A model generated the notes under the pieces. That model searched no databases and was not told where the DNA came from. It saw nothing but the letters and a program-made list of their open reading frames with translations. From Mesorhizobium amorphae (GTDB lineage Bacteria; Pseudomonadota; Alphaproteobacteria; Rhizobiales; Rhizobiaceae): 64,000 bases of DNA. The stretch is from contig QFNI01000019.1 in the NCBI GenBank assembly GCA_003240775.1, positions 671 through 64,670 on the forward strand, written 5' to 3'. How positions within the stretch are numbered: the stretch's first letter is position 1; each line of letters begins with the position of its first letter. Shown piece after piece: positions 10,425 to 22,041 of the stretch. The translations under genes and the position numbers were made by a program.

Positions 10425-11585
10425 ATGCCGCTCGAACTGACTGCCGAAGACATCCTGCCGGCCGATGGCGGCCTGCTCGTCGGCCGCGTCTGGCTGAACG
10501 AGGCCGGCGGCCCCTCCCCTATTCTGGTTCTCGGGCAAACGGTGCACGATCTCTCGCGCCTTTCGCCCACGGTCTCCGGCCTTTTCGAGCACGAGAATCT
10601 GGCCGCTGAACTGGTGGACGGCAGCTTCCCGGCGCTCGGGAACCTCGATGAGTTCCTCGACGGCGGCGACGGCACGGGCAGCAAGGGCCGCCTGCTCGCA
10701 CCCTGCGACCTGCAGGCGGTGAAGGCCGCGGGCGTGACCTTTGCGGGCTCGATGGTCGAGCGGGTGATCGAGGAGCGCGCCAAAGGCGAACCCGAACGGG
10801 CCGAAGCCATCCGCGCGGAACTGGGCGACATCGTGGGCGAAAGCCTGCGCGGCGTGGTGCCGGGCTCGGATGCGGCGCAAGCGGTGAAGCGCGTGCTTCA
10901 GGAGCGCGGGCTCTGGTCGCAATATCTGGAAGTGGGCATCGGGCCCGACGCCGAGGTCTTCACCAAGGCCCAGCCGATGTCGGCGCTCGGCTGTGGGGCG
11001 GAAGTGGGCGTGAACCCGATCTCGAGCTGGAACAACCCCGAGCCCGAAGTGGTGCTGGCGGTCAACAGCCGCGGCACGATCGTGGGTACCACGCTCGGCA
11101 ACGACGTGAACCTGCGCGACGTGGAAGGCCGCTCGGCGCTTCTGCTCGGCAAGGCGAAAGACAACAACGGCGCCTGCGCGATCGGCCCGTTCATCCGCAT
11201 CTTCGACAAAGGCTTCGCGCTCGCGGATGTGGAAGAGGCCGCGGTCAGCCTGTCTGTGCGGGGCGAGGACGGTTTCGTGCTCGAAGGCGAGAGCCTGATG
11301 AGCGCCATCTCACGCAAGCCTGCCGATCTCGCGGGGCAGACGCTGAATGCCAGCCACCAGTATCCCGACGGCTTCGTGCTGTTTCTGGGAACGATGTTCG
11401 CGCCCGTGAAGGACCGCCATGCGGCCGGTCAGGGCTTCACCCATGCGAGCGGAGACGTGGTGCGGATCGCCTCGCCCCGGCTGGGCGCGCTCGTGAACAC
11501 CGTGCGGCGCTCGGACGAGATCGCACCCTGGACCTTCGGGACCAGGGCGCTGATGGAAAACCTGGCGAAACGCGGACTGCTCTGA
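10425..11585 (+). CDS. xylX: FAH-family protein, 2-keto-3-deoxy-D-xylonate dehydratase (XylX)-like
   Basis: KAAGVTF, WSQYLEVGIGPDAE, WNNPEPE and GNDVNLRDVEGRSALLL match my recall of Caulobacter XylX. Confidence 0.75.
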   Translation: MPLELTAEDILPADGGLLVGRVWLNEAGGPSPILVLGQTVHDLSRLSPTVSGLFEHENLAAELVDGSFPALGNLDEFLDGGDGTGSKGRLLAPCDLQAVKAAGVTFAGSMVERVIEERAKGEPERAEAIRAELGDIVGESLRGVVPGSDAAQAVKRVLQERGLWSQYLEVGIGPDAEVFTKAQPMSALGCGAEVGVNPISSWNNPEPEVVLAVNSRGTIVGTTLGNDVNLRDVEGRSALLLGKAKDNNGACAIGPFIRIFDKGFALADVEEAAVSLSVRGEDGFVLEGESLMSAISRKPADLAGQTLNASHQYPDGFVLFLGTMFAPVKDRHAAGQGFTHASGDVVRIASPRLGALVNTVRRSDEIAPWTFGTRALMENLAKRGLL

Positions 11586-11604
11586 GCCGCCCGCGTCTCA
11601 GGTC

Positions 11605-12180
11605 CTAGAATTCCATGTCGCCGCCGAAATCGGCGCCGGCATCATCGAAGCCGCCCGCGTCGGGCTCGGCTGCAGCGTCGGCGGCGCCCGCGTCGGCTTC
11701 GGCCGCCTGTGCGTCGCCCGCGAACATGCCGCCGATGGCGTTGCCGAGCAGCACGCCGCCAGCGACACCCATTGCGGTCTGCGCAGCACCCGCGAGGAAG
11801 CCGCCACCGCGCCCGCCCTGCTGGACAGCGGCAGCGGGTCCACCTGCGGGCGCGTAGCCACCGGCTGCGCCGCGGCCGGTGCTCGGCACGGAACCGCGTC
11901 GCGCGCCGCCACCGCCGAAGATGGACGACAGGAGGCCGCCGCCGCCTTGCTGCTCCGCGGCACCTTGGGATTCAAGCTCTTGGATGCGCCGCTGCGCCTG
12001 CTCCAGCGCCTGCTCCTGCACCACGATGGTCTGAGCCATGTAGTAGGGTGCGCCGGGCTGGCGCCCGATCTGGTCGCGGATGAAGCGTTCGGCATCCGCA
12101 TCGCGGGGAGCGGCGTTCGCCTCGACGCTCGCGAGCTTGCCGAAAAGCTGCTCGATCGCGGCCTGGTCGTTTCTGTCCAT
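11605..12180 (-). CDS. DUF2076-family protein
   Basis: PRDADAE..QPGAPYYMAQT..QEQAL and GGFLAGAAQTAMGVAGG; acidic C-terminal tail. Confidence 0.85.
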   Translation of the reverse strand: MDRNDQAAIEQLFGKLASVEANAAPRDADAERFIRDQIGRQPGAPYYMAQTIVVQEQALEQAQRRIQELESQGAAEQQGGGGLLSSIFGGGGARRGSVPSTGRGAAGGYAPAGGPAAAVQQGGRGGGFLAGAAQTAMGVAGGVLLGNAIGGMFAGDAQAAEADAGAADAAAEPDAGGFDDAGADFGGDMEF

Positions 12181-12272
12181 CGGTCGTGGGTCCTCTCTTG
12201 GGGCCATAGTCGGCCTGGTGGCCTCACGCAGATGGGGATGCTGGCACAACTTCGCCAGTGTGCTTTGCCGGC

Positions 12273-12662
12273 TCAAATTTCTCCGTGCGAGGGCAGAAGC
12301 GCGAAGCTCGTGTAGAATTCGCCGTAGTCGCAGGTGATCTCCTCGCCCGCCGCGATGTCGCGCAACGCGATGCCGCCACCCTCAGCCGGAAAGCCGCCAT
12401 TCGGATCGTCGGAATGGTTCATGAAGCGCCCGCTGTCCGCCTCGAGCACCAGAGTTTCCGGGTCATCGGGATTGGGATAGGCGTAGCGGTCGAGAAGCTC
12501 GCGCAGCACGGGCGTGGCCGCCTCGTAATCGGCCATCGGCACGAGGCGGTCGAATGCGGGATCGAGCGTCCAGATGACCGTTCCCGCCGCGATCGGCTCG
12601 GCTGCGAACACGCCCACGCCTTCGATGGCGCTGGCGCCGACATAGGTCCGCACGAGCATCAT
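12273..12662 (-). CDS. SET-domain protein
   Basis: SET signatures GVGVFA, RFMNHSDDPN and ALRDIAAGEEITCDY. Confidence 0.9.
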   Translation of the reverse strand: MMLVRTYVGASAIEGVGVFAAEPIAAGTVIWTLDPAFDRLVPMADYEAATPVLRELLDRYAYPNPDDPETLVLEADSGRFMNHSDDPNGGFPAEGGGIALRDIAAGEEITCDYGEFYTSFALLPSHGEI

Positions 12663-12672
12663 GAGGAAACCT

Positions 12673-13704
12673 CTAGTTGCGGGACACGGGCTTGGATCGC
12701 ATGCGCGAGACCGTTTCGCGCTCGGCGCGCTTGCAGCGGAGCGGCGGCAGGTCGAGGTTGACCAGCGCCATGTCTTCCAGAACCATGTCGCCCATGCGCT
12801 TGAAGGCGATGTCGAGCGCGCCCGCGCGGTGAGCCGAGCGCAAGAAGCCCGGCAACTGGCGCACGGGATGGTCGCGCGGCAGGGGTTCTTCGGGGAACAC
12901 GTCGCTCGCCGCCATGATCTGCCCCGAACGCACGGCGTCCATCAGCGCGTCGAAATCCACCACGCCGGCGCGCGAAAGCAGGATGAAGCTCGCTCCCCTG
13001 CGCATCGTGGCGAGTTCCGCTGCACCCAGGAAACCCTGGTTCTCGGAGGTGACGGAGGCCACCACGAACACGAAGTCGCTTTCGGCCAGAACCGTTTCCA
13101 GGCTGGCCGGCTCGACGCCCTGATCGCGCAGCACGGAGCCCGGCAACCAGGGGTCGAAGACGCGGATGTTCGCACGGAAGCCGCCGAGCAGGCGGTTGAG
13201 AGCGCGGCCGAGATCGCCGAAACCCACGATGCCGATGTCCGAACCCGAAAGCAGGCGCGCCCGCGCGTTGCCGTCGCCTCCCCACAATTCGCGGCCCTCG
13301 CGGAAATCGAGATCGGCGTCGATCACGCCGCGTGCGAGGTCGAGCGCGAAGGCGAGGCCGATCTCGGCCACGGGCTCGGCGAACACGGCACCGGTCGTCA
13401 CCACATGGATGCCGCGCTCGAACAGCACCTCGTAGGGCATGTTGAGGATGAGGTTCGACTCCACGTTGAAGATGCAGCGCACCGAAGACAGCTTGTCGAC
13501 GGCCGCGCGGTCGAGCGGCGGCTGGCCGATGATGAAGCGCGCGCGGGAAAGGACCTCGTCGGGCAGGCCGGCCACTTCGTCGGCCGTGCATTCGAAGACC
13601 TCGTAGCGATCGTGCAGGTCCGCGCGAGCGGCATCGGTGAAGATGAGGTCGAGCGAGCGCGGCTCGGGCGCCGCGATCACCAGCGGCTTCGTACCATCAC
13701 GCAT
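12673..13704 (-). CDS. D-isomer-specific 2-hydroxyacid dehydrogenase
   Basis: GIVGFGDLG Rossmann motif, SRAGVVD, DVFPEEP and SAHRAG. Confidence 0.9.
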   Translation of the reverse strand: MRDGTKPLVIAAPEPRSLDLIFTDAARADLHDRYEVFECTADEVAGLPDEVLSRARFIIGQPPLDRAAVDKLSSVRCIFNVESNLILNMPYEVLFERGIHVVTTGAVFAEPVAEIGLAFALDLARGVIDADLDFREGRELWGGDGNARARLLSGSDIGIVGFGDLGRALNRLLGGFRANIRVFDPWLPGSVLRDQGVEPASLETVLAESDFVFVVASVTSENQGFLGAAELATMRRGASFILLSRAGVVDFDALMDAVRSGQIMAASDVFPEEPLPRDHPVRQLPGFLRSAHRAGALDIAFKRMGDMVLEDMALVNLDLPPLRCKRAERETVSRMRSKPVSRN

Positions 13705-13790
13705 CCCGTCTTCTCCTCTTGGCTTGACGCGTCGTCTCTAAAGCGCGACCCCCGCGCCCTGGCAAGGGCCGACACGAAGGGAAACTGCGC

Positions 13791-14594
13791 ATGAGCCTGT
13801 TTGGAATCCACGCGCTGGCCGTGTCGCCCGATGGAAGCTGGGCTGGCGTGGAGCGCGCGGTGGACCAGTTGACCGAAGCGGGCATCCGCGCGGTGGAGGT
13901 GCCGCTCGGGGCGCCCGGCCGCAACGGGGCGGTGCGGCTCGCAGATTTTGCCGCGCGCAACGCCTGGACGCTTCTGCCCTCGCTTACCCTGCCACCCGGC
14001 CTCGACATCCGCGAAGATCTCGATGAAGCGCTCGATTTCCTGGGAGGCGTGCTGCGCGACTGCGCGACCATGGGCGCGGGCACTCTCGGCGGGCAGATCG
14101 CGGGAACCGGCGTTGCGGCAGACCGCGAGAAGGGCTTGGACTCGCTTTCCCGCTTCTTCGAGCGCGCGGCGCGGCTTGCGCGCGCATCCGGCATCGAGTT
14201 GCGCGTGGAGCCTGCGACGCGGTGGGAAACACCTCTCATCACGTGCGCCGCCGATGCGGTGGCGCTGGTCGAGCGGGTCGGTGCGGAGAACCTCGTCATC
14301 GGGCTCGACAGCTTCGCGATGCAGAGCGAGGAGGCGAGCTTTGCCAAGGCCTTCGAGACGGCCGAGCCGTTCCTGCGCTTCGTTCGGCTGGGCGAGTCGC
14401 ATCGCGGGTTGCCGGGCACGGGGATGATGCCGTGGAAGGCACTGTTCGAGCCGCTCGATGCCATGGGCTACAAGGGCCCGGCGGTGCTGCATGTGAAGCC
14501 GGCCCATGGCGTGGTGCGGCTGGAAGCGCTGCTGGAGGAAGGCCTGCCCGCGCTGCGCGAGGAGGCGAAGGCCGCGGGGTTCACGCTGGGTTGA
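13791..14594 (+). CDS. Sugar isomerase/epimerase (D-tagatose 3-epimerase-like TIM barrel), degenerate active site
   Basis: VEPATRWET, GLDSFAM..EE and GESHRGLPGTG. Confidence 0.75.
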   Translation: MSLFGIHALAVSPDGSWAGVERAVDQLTEAGIRAVEVPLGAPGRNGAVRLADFAARNAWTLLPSLTLPPGLDIREDLDEALDFLGGVLRDCATMGAGTLGGQIAGTGVAADREKGLDSLSRFFERAARLARASGIELRVEPATRWETPLITCAADAVALVERVGAENLVIGLDSFAMQSEEASFAKAFETAEPFLRFVRLGESHRGLPGTGMMPWKALFEPLDAMGYKGPAVLHVKPAHGVVRLEALLEEGLPALREEAKAAGFTLG

Positions 14595-14655
14595 AGTCGC
14601 GGGGTGATTAAGTGCTTCGAGGCCCGCTTTGGCGGCCCCCGAAGCACGCACGCCA

Positions 14656-15816
14656 TCACACCCCGTAGGCTGCCATCCAGCTCTTCATGCGGCGGCAGGC
14701 AAGTTCGGGGTCGTCGAGCACGCCGGCCTGGTCGGCCAGGCGGAGGACTTCGGCATAGTGCAGGCCGCCGCGTGCGCTCTGCATGCCGGCCGGCATGGTG
14801 AAGTGGTCCTGGTGGCCGTTGAGCCAGGCGAGAAAGACGACGCCCGCCTTGTAGTATTGGGTCGGCGCCTCGAAGATCTTGCGCGACAAGGGCACGGTGG
14901 GCGCTATCAGCGCGCGGAACTCGTCCACCCGCCCCTCGGCCAGCTCGGCGAGCGCTGCGGAAGCCACGGGGGCCACGGCGTCGAAGATGCCGAGCAGCGC
15001 GTGGCTGTGGCGGGTGCCGTCGCCCTCGATCAGGGGGGCGTAGTTGAAGTCGTCGCCCGTGAAGCAGAGCACGCCTTCGGGCAGGCGCTCGCGAAGGGCA
15101 AGCTCGTAGGCCTCGTCGAGCAGCGAGATCTTGATGCCTTCCACCTTGTCGCGGTTGGCCTCGATGATGGCGATCACGGTGTCGAGCGCGTCTTCGAAGC
15201 GGCTCGAACCCCAATAGCCAGCGAGCTGGCGGTCGAAGGCCTCGCCCAGCCAGTGCAGCACGACCTTGTCCTTGGTCTGGCCGAGAATGCGGGCATAAAC
15301 CCGGCCGTAATCGTCGGGTGAGCGGGCGACGCGTGCCAGGGCACGACTTGCCATCATGATAGAGCGACCGTCCTGGCTCTCGATGAAGCCCACCTGTTCC
15401 TCGTAGGCGGCGATCACATCGTCGAGGCTTTTCGCATCATGGGGCTGAAGCTGGTCGGTGCCTGCGCCGCAGGCGAGATCGGCGCCCTCCACGGTGCGCG
15501 CCTCGGCCAGGCTGCGGCGGATCAGTTCCTGCGCGCCGGTCCAGTCGAGGCCCATGCCGCGCTGGGAGGTGTCCATCGCTTCGGCGATGCGGAAGCCCAG
15601 GCCCCAGAGGTGGTGGCGGAAGCGCAGCGTGGCGTCCCAGTCGATGGCCGGGCTGTTCCAGGGATCAGCGTCGCGGAAGGGATCGGAGACCACATGCGCC
15701 GCGGCATAGGCCACGCGGTTGAAGGCGGGCGGGGCGGCGGGGCGCGGAGTCGGGCGTCCCGTCAGCGCATAGGGTCGGATCGCGCCGTCGTTTCCCGGCA
15801 GATCGAGTTGCAACAT
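14656..15816 (-). CDS. DUF993 / dihydrodipicolinate-synthase-like TIM-barrel protein
   Basis: AYAAAHVV, AEAMDTSQRGMGLDW, GIKISLL, TGDDFNY and SHALLGIFD. Confidence 0.85.
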   Translation of the reverse strand: MLQLDLPGNDGAIRPYALTGRPTPRPAAPPAFNRVAYAAAHVVSDPFRDADPWNSPAIDWDATLRFRHHLWGLGFRIAEAMDTSQRGMGLDWTGAQELIRRSLAEARTVEGADLACGAGTDQLQPHDAKSLDDVIAAYEEQVGFIESQDGRSIMMASRALARVARSPDDYGRVYARILGQTKDKVVLHWLGEAFDRQLAGYWGSSRFEDALDTVIAIIEANRDKVEGIKISLLDEAYELALRERLPEGVLCFTGDDFNYAPLIEGDGTRHSHALLGIFDAVAPVASAALAELAEGRVDEFRALIAPTVPLSRKIFEAPTQYYKAGVVFLAWLNGHQDHFTMPAGMQSARGGLHYAEVLRLADQAGVLDDPELACRRMKSWMAAYGV

Positions 15817-15846
15817 GGTCGCGGCCTCCTTCCGCAATTCGCCATT

Positions 15847-15866
15847 AGTTTGGATCGTTCCAAACT
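15847..15866. promoter_or_regulatory. LacI-type operator 1
   Basis: AGTTTGGA-TCGT-TCCAAACT inverted repeat with central CG. Confidence 0.75.
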
Positions 15867-15925
15867 GCAAGCACCTACAAACCTACATCGTATGCCTACC
15901 AACAGTCTCCAAATCTACATCCTGC

Positions 15926-15955
15926 TTGACAAGTTTGGAACGTTCCAATTATCAC
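15926..15955 (+). promoter_or_regulatory. Sigma70 promoter overlapping LacI-type operator 2
   Basis: TTGACA-N18-TATCAC with the perfect palindrome TTGGAACGTTCCAA (15935-15948) in the spacer. Confidence 0.75.
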
Positions 15956-15995
15956 AGCCCCATCGCGCCCTGGGAGAGGCGCCGGGAGGGTGTTT

Positions 15996-18036
<2,041 letters not shown>

Positions 18037-18037
<1 letters not shown>

Positions 18038-19644
18038 TGAACAAGCACATCACCCTGGCCGAGGCCGCGAACCTCATCCCCGACGGTGCGGTCGTTTCCG
18101 TCTCGTCGTCTTCTGGCCTCGGCTGCCCGGATGCGACGCTTGCGGCAATCGGCGAGCGCTTCGAGCGCACCGGCCACCCGCGCGACCTGACCACGCTTCA
18201 CCCTATCGCGGCCGGCGACATGAGCGGCATCAAGGGCGTCGATCACATCGCGAAGAAGGGCCTGCTGAAGACCATCATCGGCGGCTCCTACCCGTCCGGC
18301 CCCTCCACCTCCGAGCCGCCGCTGATCTGGCAGATGATCGGCGCGGATGAGGTGGCGGCCTACAATGTGCCGTCGGGCATCATGTTCGACATCCATCGCG
18401 AAGCCGCTGCCAAGCGGCCGGGCGTGCTCACCAAGGTGGGGCTGGAGACCTTCGTCGACCCCGACCGCGAGGGCTGCGCGATGAACGCCGCCGCGCGCGA
18501 GAAGGCGATCGTGCGCAAGGTCGAGTTCGAAGGCGAGACCTGGCTCTATTTCCCCGCGATCAAGCCCGATGTCGCGATCATCCGCGCGACCACGGCCGAC
18601 GAGCGCGGCAACCTGTCCTACGAGCACGAGGGCGCCTATCTCGGCGGGCTCGACCAGGCGCTCGCCGCCCGCAACAATGGCGGCATCGTGATCGCCCAGG
18701 TGAAGCGGCTCGCGGCAGCCGGCACGCTGAAGCCGCACGACGTGCGCGTGCCCGGCATGCTGGTGGACTATGTGGTGGTCGATGCCGAACAGAAGCAGAC
18801 GACGCTGACAGCCTACGACCCCGCGATTTCCGGCGAGATCTTCCGCTCGCTCGATTCCTTCCGCACGCCCGACTTCAACATCCAGAAGGTGATCGCGCGC
18901 CGCGTGGCGCAGGAGCTGGAAGGCGGCACGGCCGTCAATCTCGGCTTCGGCATCTCGGCCAACGTGCCGCGCATCCTGCTGGAAGAAGGCCTGCACGGCT
19001 CGGTCACCTGGGTGATCGAGCAGGGTGCGGTGGGCGGCGTGCCGCTCCTCGATTTCGCCTTCGGCTGCGCGTCGAATGCGGATGCCTTCATGCCGTCGCC
19101 CTATCAGTTCACCTATTTCCAGGGCGCGGGCTTCGACGCCTCGCTCCTTTCCTTCCTGGAGATCGGGCGCGACGGTTCGGTCAACGTGTCCCGCCTTTCC
19201 TTCCGTCCGCATGTGACGGCGGGTGCCGGCGGTTTCGTGGACATCACCGCACGCGCCAAGAAGATCGTGTTCTCCGGCATGTTCAACGCGGGCGCGAAGC
19301 TCGGCGTGGCGGGCGGCAAGCTGCAGATCGAGAAGGACGGCAAGCTCAAGAAGCTGGTGGAGGCCGTCGAGCACGTCACCTTCTCCGGCCCCCGCGGCGT
19401 GGCCCAGGGCCAGGATGTCACCTACGTCACCGAGCGCTGCGTGATGAAGCTGACGCCGGACGGGATCGTGGTCACCGAGATCGCGCCGGGCGCTGACCTC
19501 CAGGCGCACATCCTCGACCAGGCCGAGTTCCCGCTCAAGGTCTCCGACAAGCTCAAGGTGATGGACGACGCGCTCTTCCGCGAGGCGCCGATCGGCCTGC
19601 GGCTCAAGGAGAAGCCCGCTCCCCGCCTGGACGAAGCGGCATGA
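18037..19644 (+). CDS. Acyl-CoA:acetate CoA-transferase (YdiF/Pct-like, fused subunits)
   Basis: RATTADERGN, VNLGFGI, EQG and GAGGFVDIT; translationally coupled to afr (TGATG). Confidence 0.9.
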
Positions 19645-20417
19645 GCGAGCGTCTCAACCTCCGCATCGAAGGTGCAACAGCGGTGCTCGCCATCGCGCGG
19701 CCCGAGCGCGCCAATGCCTTGGACATGGATCTGCTGCGTGCGATCGAGCGCGCCTGCGACCGGATCGAGGGAGAGGACGCCGTGCGCGCGGCCATCCTGA
19801 CCGGCGAAGGCAAGGCCTTCTCGGCCGGCGGCGACATCAAGGCCTGGGGCGCGATGAGCCCGCAGGAGTTCGGCACGGAGTGGATCAGGCTCGGGCACCG
19901 CGTGTTCGACCGCCTGGCCTCGCTGCGGATGCCGCTGATCTCCGCCATCAACGGCCATGCGCTGGGCGGCGGGCTGGAGCTGGCGGCGACCGCCGACATC
20001 AGGGTGGCCGAGACCCAGTCGCGCATCGGCCTGCCCGAGACGGGGCTCGGCATGGTGCCGGGCTGGTCGGGCACGCAGCGCCTCGTGCGCCGCTTCGGCG
20101 CGGGCGTCGTGCGCCGCATGGCGCTGGGCGGCGAGGTGTTCCTCGGCGAAGAGGCCAGAGCGCTCGGCCTGATCGACCATGTGGCCGAGACGGGCGGCGC
20201 GCTTTCTCGCGCGCTTGAGCTCGCGGCCGGCATCGCCGAGCGCGGGCCGGCGGCGGTGGCGCTCGCGAAACTGATGATCAACACGGCCGAGGGCGAATCG
20301 CGCGAGGCGGGCGTCGAAACGCTTGCCGGCATCTTGGCCGCCAAGACGGGCGATCTGCGCGAGGGCGTGACAGCCTTTGGCGAGAAGCGCGCGCCCCGCT
20401 TCCAGGGAGAATGGTGA
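19641..20417 (+). CDS. Enoyl-CoA hydratase/isomerase (crotonase) family protein
   Basis: AFSAGGDI, ALGGGLELA and LPETGLGMVPGWSGTQRL. Confidence 0.92.
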   Translation: MSERLNLRIEGATAVLAIARPERANALDMDLLRAIERACDRIEGEDAVRAAILTGEGKAFSAGGDIKAWGAMSPQEFGTEWIRLGHRVFDRLASLRMPLISAINGHALGGGLELAATADIRVAETQSRIGLPETGLGMVPGWSGTQRLVRRFGAGVVRRMALGGEVFLGEEARALGLIDHVAETGGALSRALELAAGIAERGPAAVALAKLMINTAEGESREAGVETLAGILAAKTGDLREGVTAFGEKRAPRFQGEW

Positions 20418-21926
20418 ATGACGGTTCTGGTGAAGCCCGACAGCCTGCGCAGGCTCGAGGCCCGCGACTTCTCGATGCTGGTGGGCAAGGATTGGGTGAA
20501 GGCCGAGAGCGGCCGCACCATCGACCGCACGGCACCGGGCCACGGCGTGGTGGTGTCGCGCGTTCCCGAGGGCACCAAGCATGACGCGGAACGCGCCGTG
20601 GCCGCTGCGCGCCATGCCTTCGACCACGGCCCCTGGCCGCGCATGACGGCATCCGAGCGCTCGCTGCTGCTGCTCAAGGTGGCCGACGCCATCGCGGCCC
20701 GCGCGGACGAATTGGCCTTCCTCGATGCGGTCGAGGCCGGCAAGCCGATCACCCAGGTGAAGGGCGAGATCGGCGGCGCAGTGGACATCTGGCGCTATGC
20801 AGCGGCCCTTGCGCGCGATCTGCACGGCGAAAGCTACAACACGCTGGGCACCGCCACGCTCGGCGTCGTGCTGCGCGAGGCCGTCGGCGTGGTCGGCATC
20901 ATCACGCCCTGGAACTTCCCGTTCCTGATCGTTTCCCAGAAGCTGCCCTTCGCGCTGGCTGCCGGCTGCACCTGCGTGGTGAAGCCGTCCGAACTGACCT
21001 CCGGCTCCACGCTTCTGCTCGGCGAGATCCTGCTCGAAGCCGGCCTGCCCGAGGGCGTGGTCTCGATCGTCACCGGCACGGGGCCGGAAGTGGGCGCGGT
21101 GCTTTCGACGCATCCGGACGTGGACATGGTGTCCTTCACCGGCTCCACCGCAGTCGGTCGCCTGACCATGGCGAATGCGGCGAAGACGCTCAAGAAGGTC
21201 TCGCTCGAGCTCGGCGGCAAGAACCCGCAGATCGTGTTCCCCGATGCCGACCTCGACGCCTTCGTGGACGCGGCCGTGTTCGGCGCTTGGTTCAACGCGG
21301 GCGAGTGCTGCAACGCCGGCTCGCGGCTGATCCTGCACAAGAGCATCGCCGAAGAGGTGACCGCGCGCGTGGCGGAGCTTTCCAAATCCGTGCGCCTGGG
21401 CGACCCGCTCAACCCCGAAACGCAGGTGGGCGCCATCATCACGCCCGAGCATCTGGCGAAGATCCAGGCCTTCGTGAAGGGCGCGGGCGAAGCCGGCGCC
21501 GATGTGGCGCTGGGCGGCGAAGCGCTCGATCTGGGGTCCGGCCAGTTCATGGCCCCTACCCTTCTTGCCAATGTCACCCCCGACATGGCCGTGGCGCGCG
21601 AGGAAGTGTTCGGGCCCGTGCTGTCGGTGCTGTCCTTCGAGACGCTGGACGAGGCGGTGGATATCGCCAACGCCGTGGAATACGGCCTCTCGGCCGGCGT
21701 GTGGAGCCACGACTTCGACACTTGCCTGGGGATCGGCCGCCGGGTGCGCGCGGGCACGGTCTGGATGAACACCTTCATGGACGGCGCAGCCGAATTGCCT
21801 TTCGGCGGAATGCGCCAGTCGGGCCTGGGTCGCGAGCTCGGGCGCCATGCCGTCGAGGACTACACGGAGTCCAAGACACTCAACATGCATATGGGCCCGC
21901 GCACCGGCTGGTGGATGCCCAGGTGA
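20418..21926 (+). CDS. NAD(P)-dependent aldehyde dehydrogenase (L-sorbosone dehydrogenase-like)
   Basis: ITPWNFP, SFTGST, LELGGKNP, catalytic GECC, EEVFGP. Confidence 0.92.
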   Translation: MTVLVKPDSLRRLEARDFSMLVGKDWVKAESGRTIDRTAPGHGVVVSRVPEGTKHDAERAVAAARHAFDHGPWPRMTASERSLLLLKVADAIAARADELAFLDAVEAGKPITQVKGEIGGAVDIWRYAAALARDLHGESYNTLGTATLGVVLREAVGVVGIITPWNFPFLIVSQKLPFALAAGCTCVVKPSELTSGSTLLLGEILLEAGLPEGVVSIVTGTGPEVGAVLSTHPDVDMVSFTGSTAVGRLTMANAAKTLKKVSLELGGKNPQIVFPDADLDAFVDAAVFGAWFNAGECCNAGSRLILHKSIAEEVTARVAELSKSVRLGDPLNPETQVGAIITPEHLAKIQAFVKGAGEAGADVALGGEALDLGSGQFMAPTLLANVTPDMAVAREEVFGPVLSVLSFETLDEAVDIANAVEYGLSAGVWSHDFDTCLGIGRRVRAGTVWMNTFMDGAAELPFGGMRQSGLGRELGRHAVEDYTESKTLNMHMGPRTGWWMPR

Positions 21927-22041
21927 TGTGATTAGTCTCTTGCCGTGAGGAATTCCTCCGGCCTGGGACCGGAGGTGGAATGGCGCTCCGCAATGGTGCG
22001 GATTGCCGAAGTGATGCGAAAAGCATCTTGGGAGGAATGGA

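Noticed and set aside
12229..12260. RpoH promoter upstream of DUF2076 (minus-strand CCCCATCT)
   Set aside because: The -35 match is poor (CTGGCG), so support is insufficient
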